DNA of 64,000 nucleotides from contig CAXXHB010000003.1 of NCBI GenBank assembly GCA_963664815.2, positions 2,944,001 through 3,008,000 of the forward strand, read 5' to 3'. Origin of the DNA: Spirochaetota bacterium. Lineage in GTDB: Bacteria; Spirochaetota; UBA4802; UBA5550. Under the pieces are notes generated by a model. The model was given only the letters and a program-made list of their open reading frames with translations. It was not told the origin of the DNA and ran no database searches. Below, piece by piece: positions 30,158-40,015 of the stretch. Made by a program: the position numbers and the translations under genes. The stretch's first letter is position 1; each line of letters opens with the position of its first letter.

Positions 30158-30296
30158 CCCCCTCTGTCACTCCCCCTCTGTCACTACGTGACATCTCCCC
30201 CGTAAACGGGAGGAGAGATTATAATAGATATTATCTGTTTATTGTTTATCCTTTTTCCCATTCATGGGAAAAGGTGCCCGGCAGGCGAATAGGGGC
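30158..30296. repeat. Inverted pair of REP-like elements with a 14-bp tandem duplication
   Basis: ccccctctgtcact x2 (30158-30185), tgtcac-tac-gtgaca and tctcccccgt/acgggaggaga hairpins; second unit cctttttcccat-tc-atgggaaaagg-tgcccggcaggcgaatagggg. Confidence 0.7.
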
Positions 30297-30352
30297 GGAC
30301 TATTATCGGTTGTTATTCATTTTATACTTCAATTGATATTCGGAATATAAAT

Positions 30353-31798
30353 TTAAACAATATAATTATATTCCGGCACAAATCTTTTTATAAAAGTCCT
30401 GATATCTTCACTCTCCATGTACGGAACTCTATCCTTTACTGACTCAATCAGTATATTGAATTCTGTTTCAGTCAAAACAGGACTATCGTTCTTCAACAGG
30501 AGTATTTTATTGTTCCCGGTTCTTATCATCTCCTCTTTATTGTAAAAAAGTTCCTCGTAAAGTTTCTCTCCTGGACGAAGGCCGGTGTACTCTATCTTTA
30601 TATCACGACCCGGGGTGTATCCGTAGATCTCAATCATCTTTTCGGCAATATCCGAAATCCTGAACTGCTCACCCATATCAAGTACAAATATCTCACCACC
30701 TTTTGATATAGCTGCTGAGTTAATTACAAGGAGTGACGCTTCAGGAATGCTCATGAAATATCTTTTAATATCGGGATGTGTAACCGTGACAGGCCCCCCC
30801 CTCTCAATCTGGTCCCTGAACAGTGGTATAACACTCCCCCTGCTGCCGAGAACATTTCCGAATCTTACTGCAGTAGTGTTTAGACCGCGATATTGCATGT
30901 AATATAATGAAAGTATCTCTGCAATACGTTTGGTTGCACCCATAACATTAGTCGGTCTCACTGCTTTATCCGTTGAGATCAGAACAAATTTCTGTACATG
31001 GTTTTTCGATGAAAGTTCCAGAACATTATTTGTTCCAAGTACATTATTCTGCAGCGCCTCAGCCTCATTGAATTCCATAAGGGGCACATGCTTATGCGCT
31101 GCCGCATGAAACACTATATCCGGCTTATCCGTTTCAAATACACGGCCAAGCAGCCTGTAATCCTTAATATCGATTATACGGTAAACAACATTCGGTACAG
31201 GAATCTTCATCATACGGATAAAATCATCCATATCCCTTTTAAGATTATATATAGAGTTTTCGCCTCTCCCTGTTGCAATAATCTTTCCGACACCGAATTT
31301 CAGCAGCTGTCTGCATATCTCCGAACCGATACTCCCCCCTGCCCCGGTTATCAGGACGGTCTTCCCTGAAAAATACTTTTCCATAAGATGGAGATCGATG
31401 GAGAACTCATCGCGGTCCAGAAGTTCGGAGTAGGAGAACTCTCTTAATGAAGGGAATATTGGAACAGAATCAAAAAACTTTTCAGCTGAAGGTACAAAAT
31501 AGAGATTAATATTGCTGTTAAAGGCAAGAACACCTGTCACTATCCTGTTTATAAAAGAAGATGATGCCGAAGGGATTGCAATCATAACTTCCGAGATTTC
31601 AAGTTCAGCGCATACGTCACCTATGGAATCAGCAGGCCCGTAAACTATAATATCTGAAACGATACCCCCAATCTTGGAGCTGTCATCATCGATAAAACCT
31701 TTTATTGCATTTCCCAGACCTCGTTGTCTGAGATCGCCGGCAAGAGCAACACCAGCTTCCCCTGCACCGACTATAAGTATTCTGTTAAGCTTTTTCAT
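30353..31798 (-). CDS. UDP-GlcNAc 4,6-dehydratase, CapD/PglF-like, lacking the N-terminal membrane domain
   Basis: IVGAGEAG, ITGAGGSIGSE, HAAAHKHVP, STDKAVRPTNVMGATKR, RFGNVLGSRGSV, LRPGEKLYEEL. Confidence 0.92.
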   Translation of the reverse strand: MKKLNRILIVGAGEAGVALAGDLRQRGLGNAIKGFIDDDSSKIGGIVSDIIVYGPADSIGDVCAELEISEVMIAIPSASSSFINRIVTGVLAFNSNINLYFVPSAEKFFDSVPIFPSLREFSYSELLDRDEFSIDLHLMEKYFSGKTVLITGAGGSIGSEICRQLLKFGVGKIIATGRGENSIYNLKRDMDDFIRMMKIPVPNVVYRIIDIKDYRLLGRVFETDKPDIVFHAAAHKHVPLMEFNEAEALQNNVLGTNNVLELSSKNHVQKFVLISTDKAVRPTNVMGATKRIAEILSLYYMQYRGLNTTAVRFGNVLGSRGSVIPLFRDQIERGGPVTVTHPDIKRYFMSIPEASLLVINSAAISKGGEIFVLDMGEQFRISDIAEKMIEIYGYTPGRDIKIEYTGLRPGEKLYEELFYNKEEMIRTGNNKILLLKNDSPVLTETEFNILIESVKDRVPYMESEDIRTFIKRFVPEYNYIV

Positions 31799-31873
31799 CG
31801 GTATATTATTCCACTTTATTTTCTGTCTGGTATACTATTTCCCACGGTTACACCCGGTACCTATCCTCCCGCG

Positions 31874-31932
31874 CAGCCCCCGCACCCCCGGAGTGGGCAA
31901 GACAGCTAGATCTTCCGGGGGTGCGGGGGCTG
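31874..31932. repeat. GC-rich perfect 19-bp inverted repeat
   Basis: cagcccccgcacccccgga-N21-tccgggggtgcgggggctg, with an imperfect outer stem. Confidence 0.85.
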
Positions 31933-31970
31933 TCGAAGCAGGTGCAGAGGATACCGGAGGCGTCTGGTAC

Positions 31971-33119
31971 CTATCTTTTATTCCTCTTCAGTATATCCAG
32001 GACATTTTCTATTACATAATCAGTTTCCATTTCAGTCATTTCAGGATATATCGGCAATGAAATCTCCCTTGGAAACATATCCTCACATCCCGGGAAATCT
32101 TTTTCGGTATACCCGGAGTTTTTTAAAGCGGAAAACCTGTACAAAGGTATATAATGTACACTGGTATTTATACCCCGATTTTTCAAATCAGAAATAAACT
32201 CATTTCTGCTGATTCTGATTGCTTCAAGCTGTAATCTTATGGGGTAAAGATGCCATGCGCATTCTTTCGCATCTCTTACCCCCCAGAGATCAACAGATCC
32301 CGAACCGCTGAATGAGCGGTTGTATTTTTGTGCTATCCCATACCTTGCCAGGTTCATCTTATCTATTTTTTTCAGCTGTTCAATACCAATGGCTGATGCT
32401 ATATCAGTTATATTATATTTATACCCAGGCTCGGAGACATCGTATTCCCACGAGCCTTTATCTGAATACCTGTTCCATGCATCTTTTGTAATACCATGAA
32501 GCCTGAGCCTTTTCATCCTCTCTGCCCATTCCATGTTATCAGTGGTAATCATCCCCCCTTCACCTGTAGTGATGGTTTTTGTCACATAAAAGCTGAAACA
32601 TGTAATATCACCAATTGTTCCGATCATTTTACCCTTATAGAAAGTCGGCAGAGCGTGCGCAGCATCTTCTATTACAGAGAGATTATGTCTCTGCGCAATA
32701 TCCATAACAGCATCCATATCACAGGATTCCCCGCCATAATGAACCGGAATTATCGCTTTTGTTTTCGAAGTAATTTTTTTCTCTATATCATAAACATCAA
32801 TAAGAAAGTTATCTTTATTAATATCACAGAGCACAGGAACAGCACCGAAATATGTTATAACCTCCCAGGTCGCAATAAATGTCATGGCAGGAATAATAAT
32901 CTCATCTCCCTCTTTTATATCAATAGCTTTAAGCGCCAGATGGATCGCAGCCGTACATGAGTTAACCGCAATTGAAAATGCAGACCCGGTATAATCCGAA
33001 AAAGCGCGTTCAAACTCAAATGTCTTCTCACCCATAGTAAGCCAGCCGCTGCGTATAACTTCAGATACAGCATTTATCTCTTCACTGCCGAGCTCAGCTT
33101 TATGGAAAGGTATTTTCAT
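31971..33119 (-). CDS. DegT/DnrJ/EryC1/StrS sugar aminotransferase
   Basis: SGWLTMG, EDAAHA, FSFYVTKTITTGEGG (PLP lysine), GYKYN; start moved to MKIPF. Confidence 0.93.
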   Translation of the reverse strand: MKIPFHKAELGSEEINAVSEVIRSGWLTMGEKTFEFERAFSDYTGSAFSIAVNSCTAAIHLALKAIDIKEGDEIIIPAMTFIATWEVITYFGAVPVLCDINKDNFLIDVYDIEKKITSKTKAIIPVHYGGESCDMDAVMDIAQRHNLSVIEDAAHALPTFYKGKMIGTIGDITCFSFYVTKTITTGEGGMITTDNMEWAERMKRLRLHGITKDAWNRYSDKGSWEYDVSEPGYKYNITDIASAIGIEQLKKIDKMNLARYGIAQKYNRSFSGSGSVDLWGVRDAKECAWHLYPIRLQLEAIRISRNEFISDLKNRGINTSVHYIPLYRFSALKNSGYTEKDFPGCEDMFPREISLPIYPEMTEMETDYVIENVLDILKRNKR

Positions 33120-33178
33120 ATGGTTTTCTCTGATATTTATTATTCTTATCGTCAGATATTCAAATTTAATTACAGCAT

Positions 33179-34267
33179 TCATCTGTTAAGATAATTTTTT
33201 TCCATCCATTTTCTGTAATCACCGCTCCTTATATGATCAATCCATTCATCATTGGACAAATACCATTCAATTGTCATATCAAGTCCGCTGTCAAAATTAA
33301 AACTCTGCTTCCAGGCAAGTTCATTCTTGATTTTATCGCAGTTAATTGCATAGCGCCTGTCATGACCAGGCCTGTCCTTAACAAAAGAGATAAGATTTTT
33401 ATAATGTTCTTTATCTTTACCGTCACGGATTGCCATCTTTTCACAAAGAACATTTACAAGCTTAATATTCTCCCACTCATTCTCACCGCCGATATTGTAT
33501 GTTTCACCAGCTCTCCCTTTGCTGATTACAGTCCACACTGCGCTGTTATGATCGTCCACATAAAGCCAGTCCCTTATATTTTTACCGTCGCCATACACAG
33601 GGAGTGGTTTCCCGTCCCTTATATTAAATATTATCACAGGAATAAGCTTTTCAGGAAACTGATATGGTCCGTAATTATTGGAACAGTTTGTCATCGTAAC
33701 GGGCAACCCGTAAGTATGGTTATACGCCATAACAATATGGTCAGACGATGCCTTTGATGCAGAGTATGGGCTTCTGGGATCATAGGGTGTAGTTTCCATG
33801 AAGTATCCCGTTTCACCAAGCGAACCATAAACCTCATCAGTACTGATATGATGAAAAAGAACGTCATTCCTGCCGTTCCAGAATTTTCTGGAACATTCGA
33901 GCAGACTGAAAGTTCCCATTATATTGGTGTTCATAAATTCAGCAGGCCCATGGATTGACCTGTCTACATGTGATTCTGCCGCAAAATGAACAACAGTATC
34001 AATCTCATATTTCGAAAATAAATCTTCCAGCATCACGGCATCACAGATATCCCCATGCTGGAAAAAATATTTCTTGCCGCCAAACTTCAATTCGATGTCA
34101 GCAAGATTTTCCCTGTTTCCTGCATAGGTCAGTTTATCCAGATTAATAATCCGGCCGGTAAAATCTGTTCTGTTAAACACATAACGTATGAAATTTGAAC
34201 CGATAAAACCTGAACCGCCGGTTACCAGTATGTTGTCGAGTTGTCTCATTTTTCTATCCTCTGTCAA
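33179..34267 (-). CDS. rfbB: dTDP-glucose 4,6-dehydratase
   Basis: TGGSGFIGSN, DKLTYAG, HFAAESHVDRSI, STDEVYG, YSASK. Confidence 0.96.
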   Translation of the reverse strand: MTEDRKMRQLDNILVTGGSGFIGSNFIRYVFNRTDFTGRIINLDKLTYAGNRENLADIELKFGGKKYFFQHGDICDAVMLEDLFSKYEIDTVVHFAAESHVDRSIHGPAEFMNTNIMGTFSLLECSRKFWNGRNDVLFHHISTDEVYGSLGETGYFMETTPYDPRSPYSASKASSDHIVMAYNHTYGLPVTMTNCSNNYGPYQFPEKLIPVIIFNIRDGKPLPVYGDGKNIRDWLYVDDHNSAVWTVISKGRAGETYNIGGENEWENIKLVNVLCEKMAIRDGKDKEHYKNLISFVKDRPGHDRRYAINCDKIKNELAWKQSFNFDSGLDMTIEWYLSNDEWIDHIRSGDYRKWMEKNYLNR

Positions 34268-34283
34268 TAATGCCGGTTAATAT

Positions 34284-35426
34284 TTAGATGTCATAAAACT
34301 CAAATATAGAATCGGTCACTCTTTTTATCGATTCTTCATCAATTCCATACCATAGAGGAAGACGCAATATTCTTTCGCTCTCAAGGGTTGTCCAGGTATC
34401 ATTTCCATAAAATATTCCGAATTTTTTACCGGCAATTGATGAATGAAGGGGTATATAATGAAAAACAGCGCTTATCTCTCTCGCTTTCAAAAAACTTATC
34501 AGAGCTGATCTCTCCTCAAGATCTCTGGCTTTAATATAGAAGAGATGCCCGTTATGTGTACAATTTTCAGGAACGAAAGGGAGAGATATCTTGCCGCTCT
34601 TCTCAAGCTCCTGCAACCGTAAATTATAAATATCCCATGATTTTATTCTGTCAGCAATAATAATCTCCGCCATCTGAAGCTGGGCATAAAGGAAAGCGGC
34701 ATTAAGTTCAGACGGGAGGTAAGATGATCCCATTTCGACCCATCCATATTTGTCGATCTCCCCCCTGAAAAACCGCGATCTGTTTGTCCCTTTTTCCCTT
34801 AATATTTCGGCATTTTCACTATATACGGAATCATTTATAAGCAGCGCCCCACCCTCTCCGCACTGAATATTCTTTGTTTCATGGAAACTGAACGATCCCA
34901 GATCACCGATTGTACCCGCCTGTTTCCCTTCATATTCCGACAATATCGCCTGGGCGGCATCTTCAACCACCAGCAGGTTATATTTATCCGCAAGCGACAT
35001 AATTTTATTCATTTCACAGGAGACACCTGCATAATGAACCGGAACAATCACTTTTGTTTTTTCTGTTATCGCTTCCTCTATTTTGTTTTCATCAATATTC
35101 ATAGTGTCGGGACGTATATCAACAAATACAAGTTTAGCCCCTCTCATAACGAATGCATTTGCAGTTGAAGTAAAAGTAAATGAGGGGAGAATAACCTCGT
35201 CACCATATTTTATATTAAACAGTATAGCAGACATTTCAAGAGCATGGGTACATGATGTTGTAAGCAATACCCCACTGCACCCGATATTTTCCATGAACCA
35301 TTTATTACAGAGGCTGGTATAATATCCGTCGCCGGAAAACTTATCTTTCATTATCACAGATTCCAGGTTGCGGATTTCGTTTCCTGTAACTGCCGGTTTA
35401 TTAAATGGAATCATGCTACTCCTCAT
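34284..35426 (-). CDS. wecE: dTDP-4-amino-4,6-dideoxygalactose transaminase (WecE/RffA)
   Basis: IPFNKP, SCTHALEM, SFHETKN, REKGTNRSRFFRG.DKY. Confidence 0.92.
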   Translation of the reverse strand: MRSSMIPFNKPAVTGNEIRNLESVIMKDKFSGDGYYTSLCNKWFMENIGCSGVLLTTSCTHALEMSAILFNIKYGDEVILPSFTFTSTANAFVMRGAKLVFVDIRPDTMNIDENKIEEAITEKTKVIVPVHYAGVSCEMNKIMSLADKYNLLVVEDAAQAILSEYEGKQAGTIGDLGSFSFHETKNIQCGEGGALLINDSVYSENAEILREKGTNRSRFFRGEIDKYGWVEMGSSYLPSELNAAFLYAQLQMAEIIIADRIKSWDIYNLRLQELEKSGKISLPFVPENCTHNGHLFYIKARDLEERSALISFLKAREISAVFHYIPLHSSIAGKKFGIFYGNDTWTTLESERILRLPLWYGIDEESIKRVTDSIFEFYDI

Positions 35427-35829
35427 TTTTATTCAATTTTTGGGTATTGTTGAAAACGTAATACTTCAGTAAAAAGTACAAAACAACAGGAACATACATA
35501 AGTGCAATAATCTGGCCTATGTAAGGATGTATTTTCCAGATATCACAAAACAGGACAAGAGAATAATAGTTCAATACAAATGACAGAATATAAACAGCTA
35601 TAAACCTTATTATCCTTCTGTTATTTCCGGAATTAAATACAAGTATTGAATATGACTTAAAATTAAAAATAATCCCCAGCATATAATCGAATATAAGGGC
35701 AACTGTTTTATCTTTAAAAACCCAGTAAAAAAACACATAGACCAGATATCCGAATAAGGTATTAAGCGCCCCGGTAAACAGAAATCTTATGAATTCAATA
35801 TCAAATATTTTTTTTATTAATACCCGCAC
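35416..35829 (-). CDS. GtrA family small flippase-like protein
   Basis: FIRFLFTGALNTLFGY; 4 TM; ends KYYVF. Confidence 0.85.
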   Translation of the reverse strand: MRVLIKKIFDIEFIRFLFTGALNTLFGYLVYVFFYWVFKDKTVALIFDYMLGIIFNFKSYSILVFNSGNNRRIIRFIAVYILSFVLNYYSLVLFCDIWKIHPYIGQIIALMYVPVVLYFLLKYYVFNNTQKLNKNEE

Positions 35830-36739
35830 CAGTCTTTTCCCTTACTATAAATTGTGGAAGATGATTTATATTCAGATATGCCTTGCCTAAATATTCTCCG
35901 ATAACTCCCAGTGAAAGAAGAATTAATCCTCCAATAAAGAGAACAAGGACAACAAGGGTTGTCCACCCGGCTACTGCCTCTGGTTTAACAAAATGCTCTA
36001 TTATATAATATATTCCAAGGGAAAAACCTATTATTGAAAAGAAAATTCCGGCCATTGATGCCATCCTCAACGGTTTCTCGGAAAAATTGACTGCAAGTTT
36101 CATAAATACCTTTATTGATTTTAAAAGATTATAATTGGTCTTCCCTTTGAACCGTTTATGATGTTCAATTTCAATCTGTGTAATGCTGTCTGTAACCTGG
36201 AAGAGCAGACCGTCAACATAGGGATATGGACCTTTATATTTAATAATCTCTTTAACAACATCAATGCTGATAATTTTATATGGTGAGAGATAAATATCAG
36301 CAGGCTTATTTATAAGAAGCTCTGCAAGCTTGCCATTAAGCCAGCTTCCGAAATTTTTCCATAGTGCCTGATTCTTTTTTTTAAAATTTGCATAACATAG
36401 ATCATAACCCCTGCGGATCTCTTCATACAGTTTTAAAATATCGGAGGGATCGTGCTGGAGATCATCATCCATTATAACAACATATTCCCCTGAAGCATTG
36501 TTCAGTCCGGCCATAATCGCGTTATCCTGACCGAAATTTTTTCTGAGATTTATTCCAGTTACATTTTTATTGGTTTCAGATACTCTCCTGATCTCTGACC
36601 AGCTTTTATCCCTGCTGCCGTCATTAATCATTATCTGCTCATAGGATAAACCTTTTAACGATTGCTGAATTCTATCGGACAATTCGGCAACACACTCGTC
36701 ACTGTTATAAACCGGTATTATAACGCTTATTTTTTTCAT
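35801..36739 (-). CDS. GT2 polyprenyl-phosphate glycosyltransferase (GtrB/ArnC-like)
   Basis: SVIIPVYN, NDGSRD, RKNFGQ, MDDDLQH, two C-terminal TMs, IGEYLG. Confidence 0.9.
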   Translation of the reverse strand: MKKISVIIPVYNSDECVAELSDRIQQSLKGLSYEQIMINDGSRDKSWSEIRRVSETNKNVTGINLRKNFGQDNAIMAGLNNASGEYVVIMDDDLQHDPSDILKLYEEIRRGYDLCYANFKKKNQALWKNFGSWLNGKLAELLINKPADIYLSPYKIISIDVVKEIIKYKGPYPYVDGLLFQVTDSITQIEIEHHKRFKGKTNYNLLKSIKVFMKLAVNFSEKPLRMASMAGIFFSIIGFSLGIYYIIEHFVKPEAVAGWTTLVVLVLFIGGLILLSLGVIGEYLGKAYLNINHLPQFIVREKTGAGINKKNI

Positions 36740-36785
36740 AAATCCTTTCCTCATTTGCACATCCGATAATTATATTGTAGTTTTT

Positions 36786-36990
36786 AGATTTCTCAGCCGC
36801 AAACATTTCAGATATGTAATAACTCCATCTGCTACTCCATCGAAATGACAGGTTTATATCTCCACTGTCATTTCTAAAGTATGTGAGTGCTTCGACTCCG
36901 CTCAGCAACCGTTTATAACGGTCAGTGAGCCTGCCGAACTGTTCAGTCGCTATCGCTTCTTCGAAATGCGATGTATTGAGCCTGTCGGAA
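36786..36990. repeat. Cluster of degenerate REP-like palindromes
   Basis: gaaatgacag/ctgtcatttc IR (36842-36874); gcttcgactccgctcagcaaccgt..acggtcagtgagcctgccgaac; tgagcctgtcggaa. Confidence 0.6.
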
Positions 36991-37063
36991 TAATTGACAA
37001 TTTTCTATTTCAATCGGGAAATGCTGTAAACTTTCAATTCTGAGTTTAATAAAATACTTCTCA

Positions 37064-38062
37064 TTACAGGAACTCCCTGACAGCAGAAATCACTTCATCT
37101 ACAGTAATACTTTTCATGCAATTATAGTTATTATCACATTTAATTCTGACTTTATTCCTGATACATGGAGAACAATTTAAATTTTTATAAATTGTCTTAT
37201 AAACAAAGCCCTCCCCGTATGGCATCCGATCTTCAGGATTTACAGGTCCGAAGAGAGCAACTACAGGCGTCTTTAAACAGTAAGACATATGGAAATAGAA
37301 TGTATCCATTGACACGACAACAGATGCATTTTTAATAAGGTAAAGGAGCTCCTTAAAATTTGTCCTGTTTACAAGATCAACAACTTCCGGGAATTCATTA
37401 TGATTTTCATTAATTCCTGCAACAACAATATGTTTCCCTGTTATTTTTTTTAAAGAAAAAATAAGATCATTAAAATATGGCCATTGTCTCGGATCTTCTC
37501 CAAGATACTGAGCATATATATCCAGAAGGATATAATTTTTCTCTTTCAGATTAAATTTTGTCAGCAGGTCGCATGTATAATCAAAATCAACTGAGTAGTC
37601 TCTTATGACAGGAATTTTAAGATAATCGAGGATTTTAGCCACTTCAAAAAATTTATGTATATTTTCCCTGTTATAAATCTTTCTTTTTGCAGGGAGCATA
37701 AAGTATAACAGATTTCGCAGCGGATTAGGGTGGGTTATAATAAAAAGATCATATTTTTCCGTTTTAAACAGCGTATAGAGTTTATGAAAATTCAGTCGGA
37801 AAAATTTAATAAGCCCTTTTAAAGTAAAATCCATTTCAAAAACTTTGACAGAATCTATATTTTTGTTGTAAGAGAGGAGATTTCCGGAAGCAGTATTAAA
37901 TGTCATAACAGTTATATTCATATCCCTGTTGTATGCTTTAAGAGAGGCTAAAAGGGGGAAGCACATAATCTGATCACCCAGCCCTTGTGGAAGATCAATG
38001 AACACTTTGTTTATATCCCCAGGTTCCCATTTAACCCTGAGTTTCTTTTTTAAATTAATCAT
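37064..38062 (-). CDS. GT9 heptosyltransferase-like protein
   Basis: GLGDQI, DLVNRTN..EL, SMDT..HMS, VALFGP, CSPC..C..C. Confidence 0.88.
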   Translation of the reverse strand: MINLKKKLRVKWEPGDINKVFIDLPQGLGDQIMCFPLLASLKAYNRDMNITVMTFNTASGNLLSYNKNIDSVKVFEMDFTLKGLIKFFRLNFHKLYTLFKTEKYDLFIITHPNPLRNLLYFMLPAKRKIYNRENIHKFFEVAKILDYLKIPVIRDYSVDFDYTCDLLTKFNLKEKNYILLDIYAQYLGEDPRQWPYFNDLIFSLKKITGKHIVVAGINENHNEFPEVVDLVNRTNFKELLYLIKNASVVVSMDTFYFHMSYCLKTPVVALFGPVNPEDRMPYGEGFVYKTIYKNLNCSPCIRNKVRIKCDNNYNCMKSITVDEVISAVREFL

Positions 38063-38603
38063 TTATCAGATACCCTGCAAAATCTATTAGTGACGGGAAT
38101 GTAATATCAGCCATGCTGTTTGATTGTAATGATTCGGAGATAAAAACATTATTAAGAGATCTGCTGCGCCCCAACTCCATATCCGAATCGGAGTCTCCCA
38201 CCATAATGGATCTGCTGAAATCGATTCCGGGAAAGTCACTCTTTGCCTGCAGCAGCATCCCTGGCCGGGGTTTTCTGCAATTGCAATTATCACCCCTGTC
38301 ATGAGGGCAGTGATAGATCCCGTCAATCCTTCCACCGTTCCTTATAATTTCTTTAATCATATATTCATGAACCGATGCAAGATCATCAACGCTCATTACC
38401 CCCAAAGCAATACCGCGCTGGTTTGTCACTATAAATATTCTTTTAAACATCCGGTTGAATATATTCAGCGAATCAAGCACTCCATCGATAAAAACAAACT
38501 CATCAATGGTCTTCACGTAATCGTCAACTATTCTTTTATTTATAACCCCATCCCGGTCGAGAAAGAGAGTCCATGATGTGTCTATATTAAAAATCTTTTT
38601 CAT
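38055..38603 (-). CDS. gmhB: D-glycero-D-manno-heptose 1,7-bisphosphate phosphatase
   Basis: FLDRDGVIN, VTNQRG, CPH..CNCRKP, MVGD. Confidence 0.9.
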   Translation of the reverse strand: MKKIFNIDTSWTLFLDRDGVINKRIVDDYVKTIDEFVFIDGVLDSLNIFNRMFKRIFIVTNQRGIALGVMSVDDLASVHEYMIKEIIRNGGRIDGIYHCPHDRGDNCNCRKPRPGMLLQAKSDFPGIDFSRSIMVGDSDSDMELGRSRSLNNVFISESLQSNSMADITFPSLIDFAGYLIND

Positions 38604-38608
38604 TCAGT

Positions 38609-40015
38609 TTAAGATCGCAGTCTGTTTATTATTCTTGATGTAGAGTAACCCTCAACAAAATCGATGAGCACAACTTCACCGGCATATTCCCCTCCTACAA
38701 CATTCTCAACTGAATAATCTGCACCCTTAACAAGGTAATCCGGCCTTACTTTCTCAATCAGAGAAAGCGGGGTATCTTCATCAAATTTAATTATATAGTC
38801 AATGGATGCAAGCCCTGATAAAACAGCCGCACGGTCATTCTCTTTATTCACAGGGCGGTCTTCCCCTTTAATTCTCTTAACTGAATTATCCGTATTCAAA
38901 CCCAGAATAAGAATATCCCCCAGCTCCTTTGCTTTTTCAAGGTATTTGACATGCCCAATGTGAAGAATATCAAAGCAGCCGTTTGTAAAAACAATACTCT
39001 TCTTCTCTGATCTGAGACTCTCAAGCAATCCGGGTAAATCGTCATACCCGATAATTTTGTTATAAGAGATGTGCAGATCCCTGAAAAGATCAGCCTTCCT
39101 GATAGGAACCGTGCCAAGCTTCCCTACAACAATTCCTGCAGCCATATTGGCAAACTCCACAGAATCACGTAATTTATACCCCGAGGCAATCCCTGCAGCG
39201 AGCGCTGCAATGACTGTATCCCCTGCCCCGGAAACATCATAGACCTCTTTGGCAAATGTGGGGAAATGCTCAACCTGCTTTCCATCAAAAAGTGTCATAC
39301 CCTTCTCGGAACGCGTGATAAGCAGGTTTTTAAAACCTGACCCGGAAAATACAGCAGGGATAGATTTTTCAACTGAGGAATCTTCATTGGGAATGTTATC
39401 ACCGAGAAATTCATTCAGCTCCTTCATATTCGGAGTCACAAGCTCAGCTCCGCTGTATTTTTTCCACTCCTTCCCCTTGGGATCAATAACAACCGGTATA
39501 TTCCTTTTATTTGCCTCGGATATTATAAACCGGCATAACTCCTCTTCGCAGACCCCCTTGTTATAATCGGAGATTACAACAACATTATAATCATCAATAC
39601 AACTTACAACTGCATCCTTAATCCCCTTTTTTGTCTCTTCCGGCAAAGGCCCGGGCTCTTCGTAATCAAGTCTCATCATCTGCTGTCTGTTGCCGACAAC
39701 TCTCACTTTCGTGATTGTCGGAGTGTTTACTTTAAAAAGCAGATGCTTTATGGAATTACGATTTAATACTTCCGCAAGCTGTTCTCCGTTATAATCATTA
39801 CCCGCGATACCGATCAGCATAACTCCCGCTTCAAGTGAGACAATATTATTCGCAACGTTAGCAGCTCCGCCAGGGGCCAGAGTTGTATTTTTTATTCTGA
39901 CAATCGGTACAGGGGCTTCGGGAGAAATTCTGTCAACACTGCCCCACAGGTACTGATCAAGGATAATATCCCCGACTACAAGAACCGATATATCCGAAAA
40001 ATTAAATTTTTCCAT
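38609..40015 (-). CDS. hldE: Bifunctional heptose-7-P kinase / heptose-1-P adenylyltransferase
   Basis: [30 protein letters not shown]; start moved to MEKFNF. Confidence 0.95.
   Translation of the reverse strand: MEKFNFSDISVLVVGDIILDQYLWGSVDRISPEAPVPIVRIKNTTLAPGGAANVANNIVSLEAGVMLIGIAGNDYNGEQLAEVLNRNSIKHLLFKVNTPTITKVRVVGNRQQMMRLDYEEPGPLPEETKKGIKDAVVSCIDDYNVVVISDYNKGVCEEELCRFIISEANKRNIPVVIDPKGKEWKKYSGAELVTPNMKELNEFLGDNIPNEDSSVEKSIPAVFSGSGFKNLLITRSEKGMTLFDGKQVEHFPTFAKEVYDVSGAGDTVIAALAAGIASGYKLRDSVEFANMAAGIVVGKLGTVPIRKADLFRDLHISYNKIIGYDDLPGLLESLRSEKKSIVFTNGCFDILHIGHVKYLEKAKELGDILILGLNTDNSVKRIKGEDRPVNKENDRAAVLSGLASIDYIIKFDEDTPLSLIEKVRPDYLVKGADYSVENVVGGEYAGEVVLIDFVEGYSTSRIINRLRS

Noticed and set aside
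30158-30296. CRISPR array
   Set aside because: Only one tandem 14-mer duplication and hairpins; no repeat-spacer periodicity and no cas genes
30794-30801. G8 tract in capD and several A/T 8-9 tracts as phase-variation sites
   Set aside because: Short, in frame, encode a conserved motif (RGGP) or are expected at this AT content
30353-31850. capD truncated by the neighbouring hairpin element (pseudogene)
   Set aside because: ORF is intact with all catalytic motifs; anchor-less CapD next to a DegT gene resembles what I recall from other spirochetes
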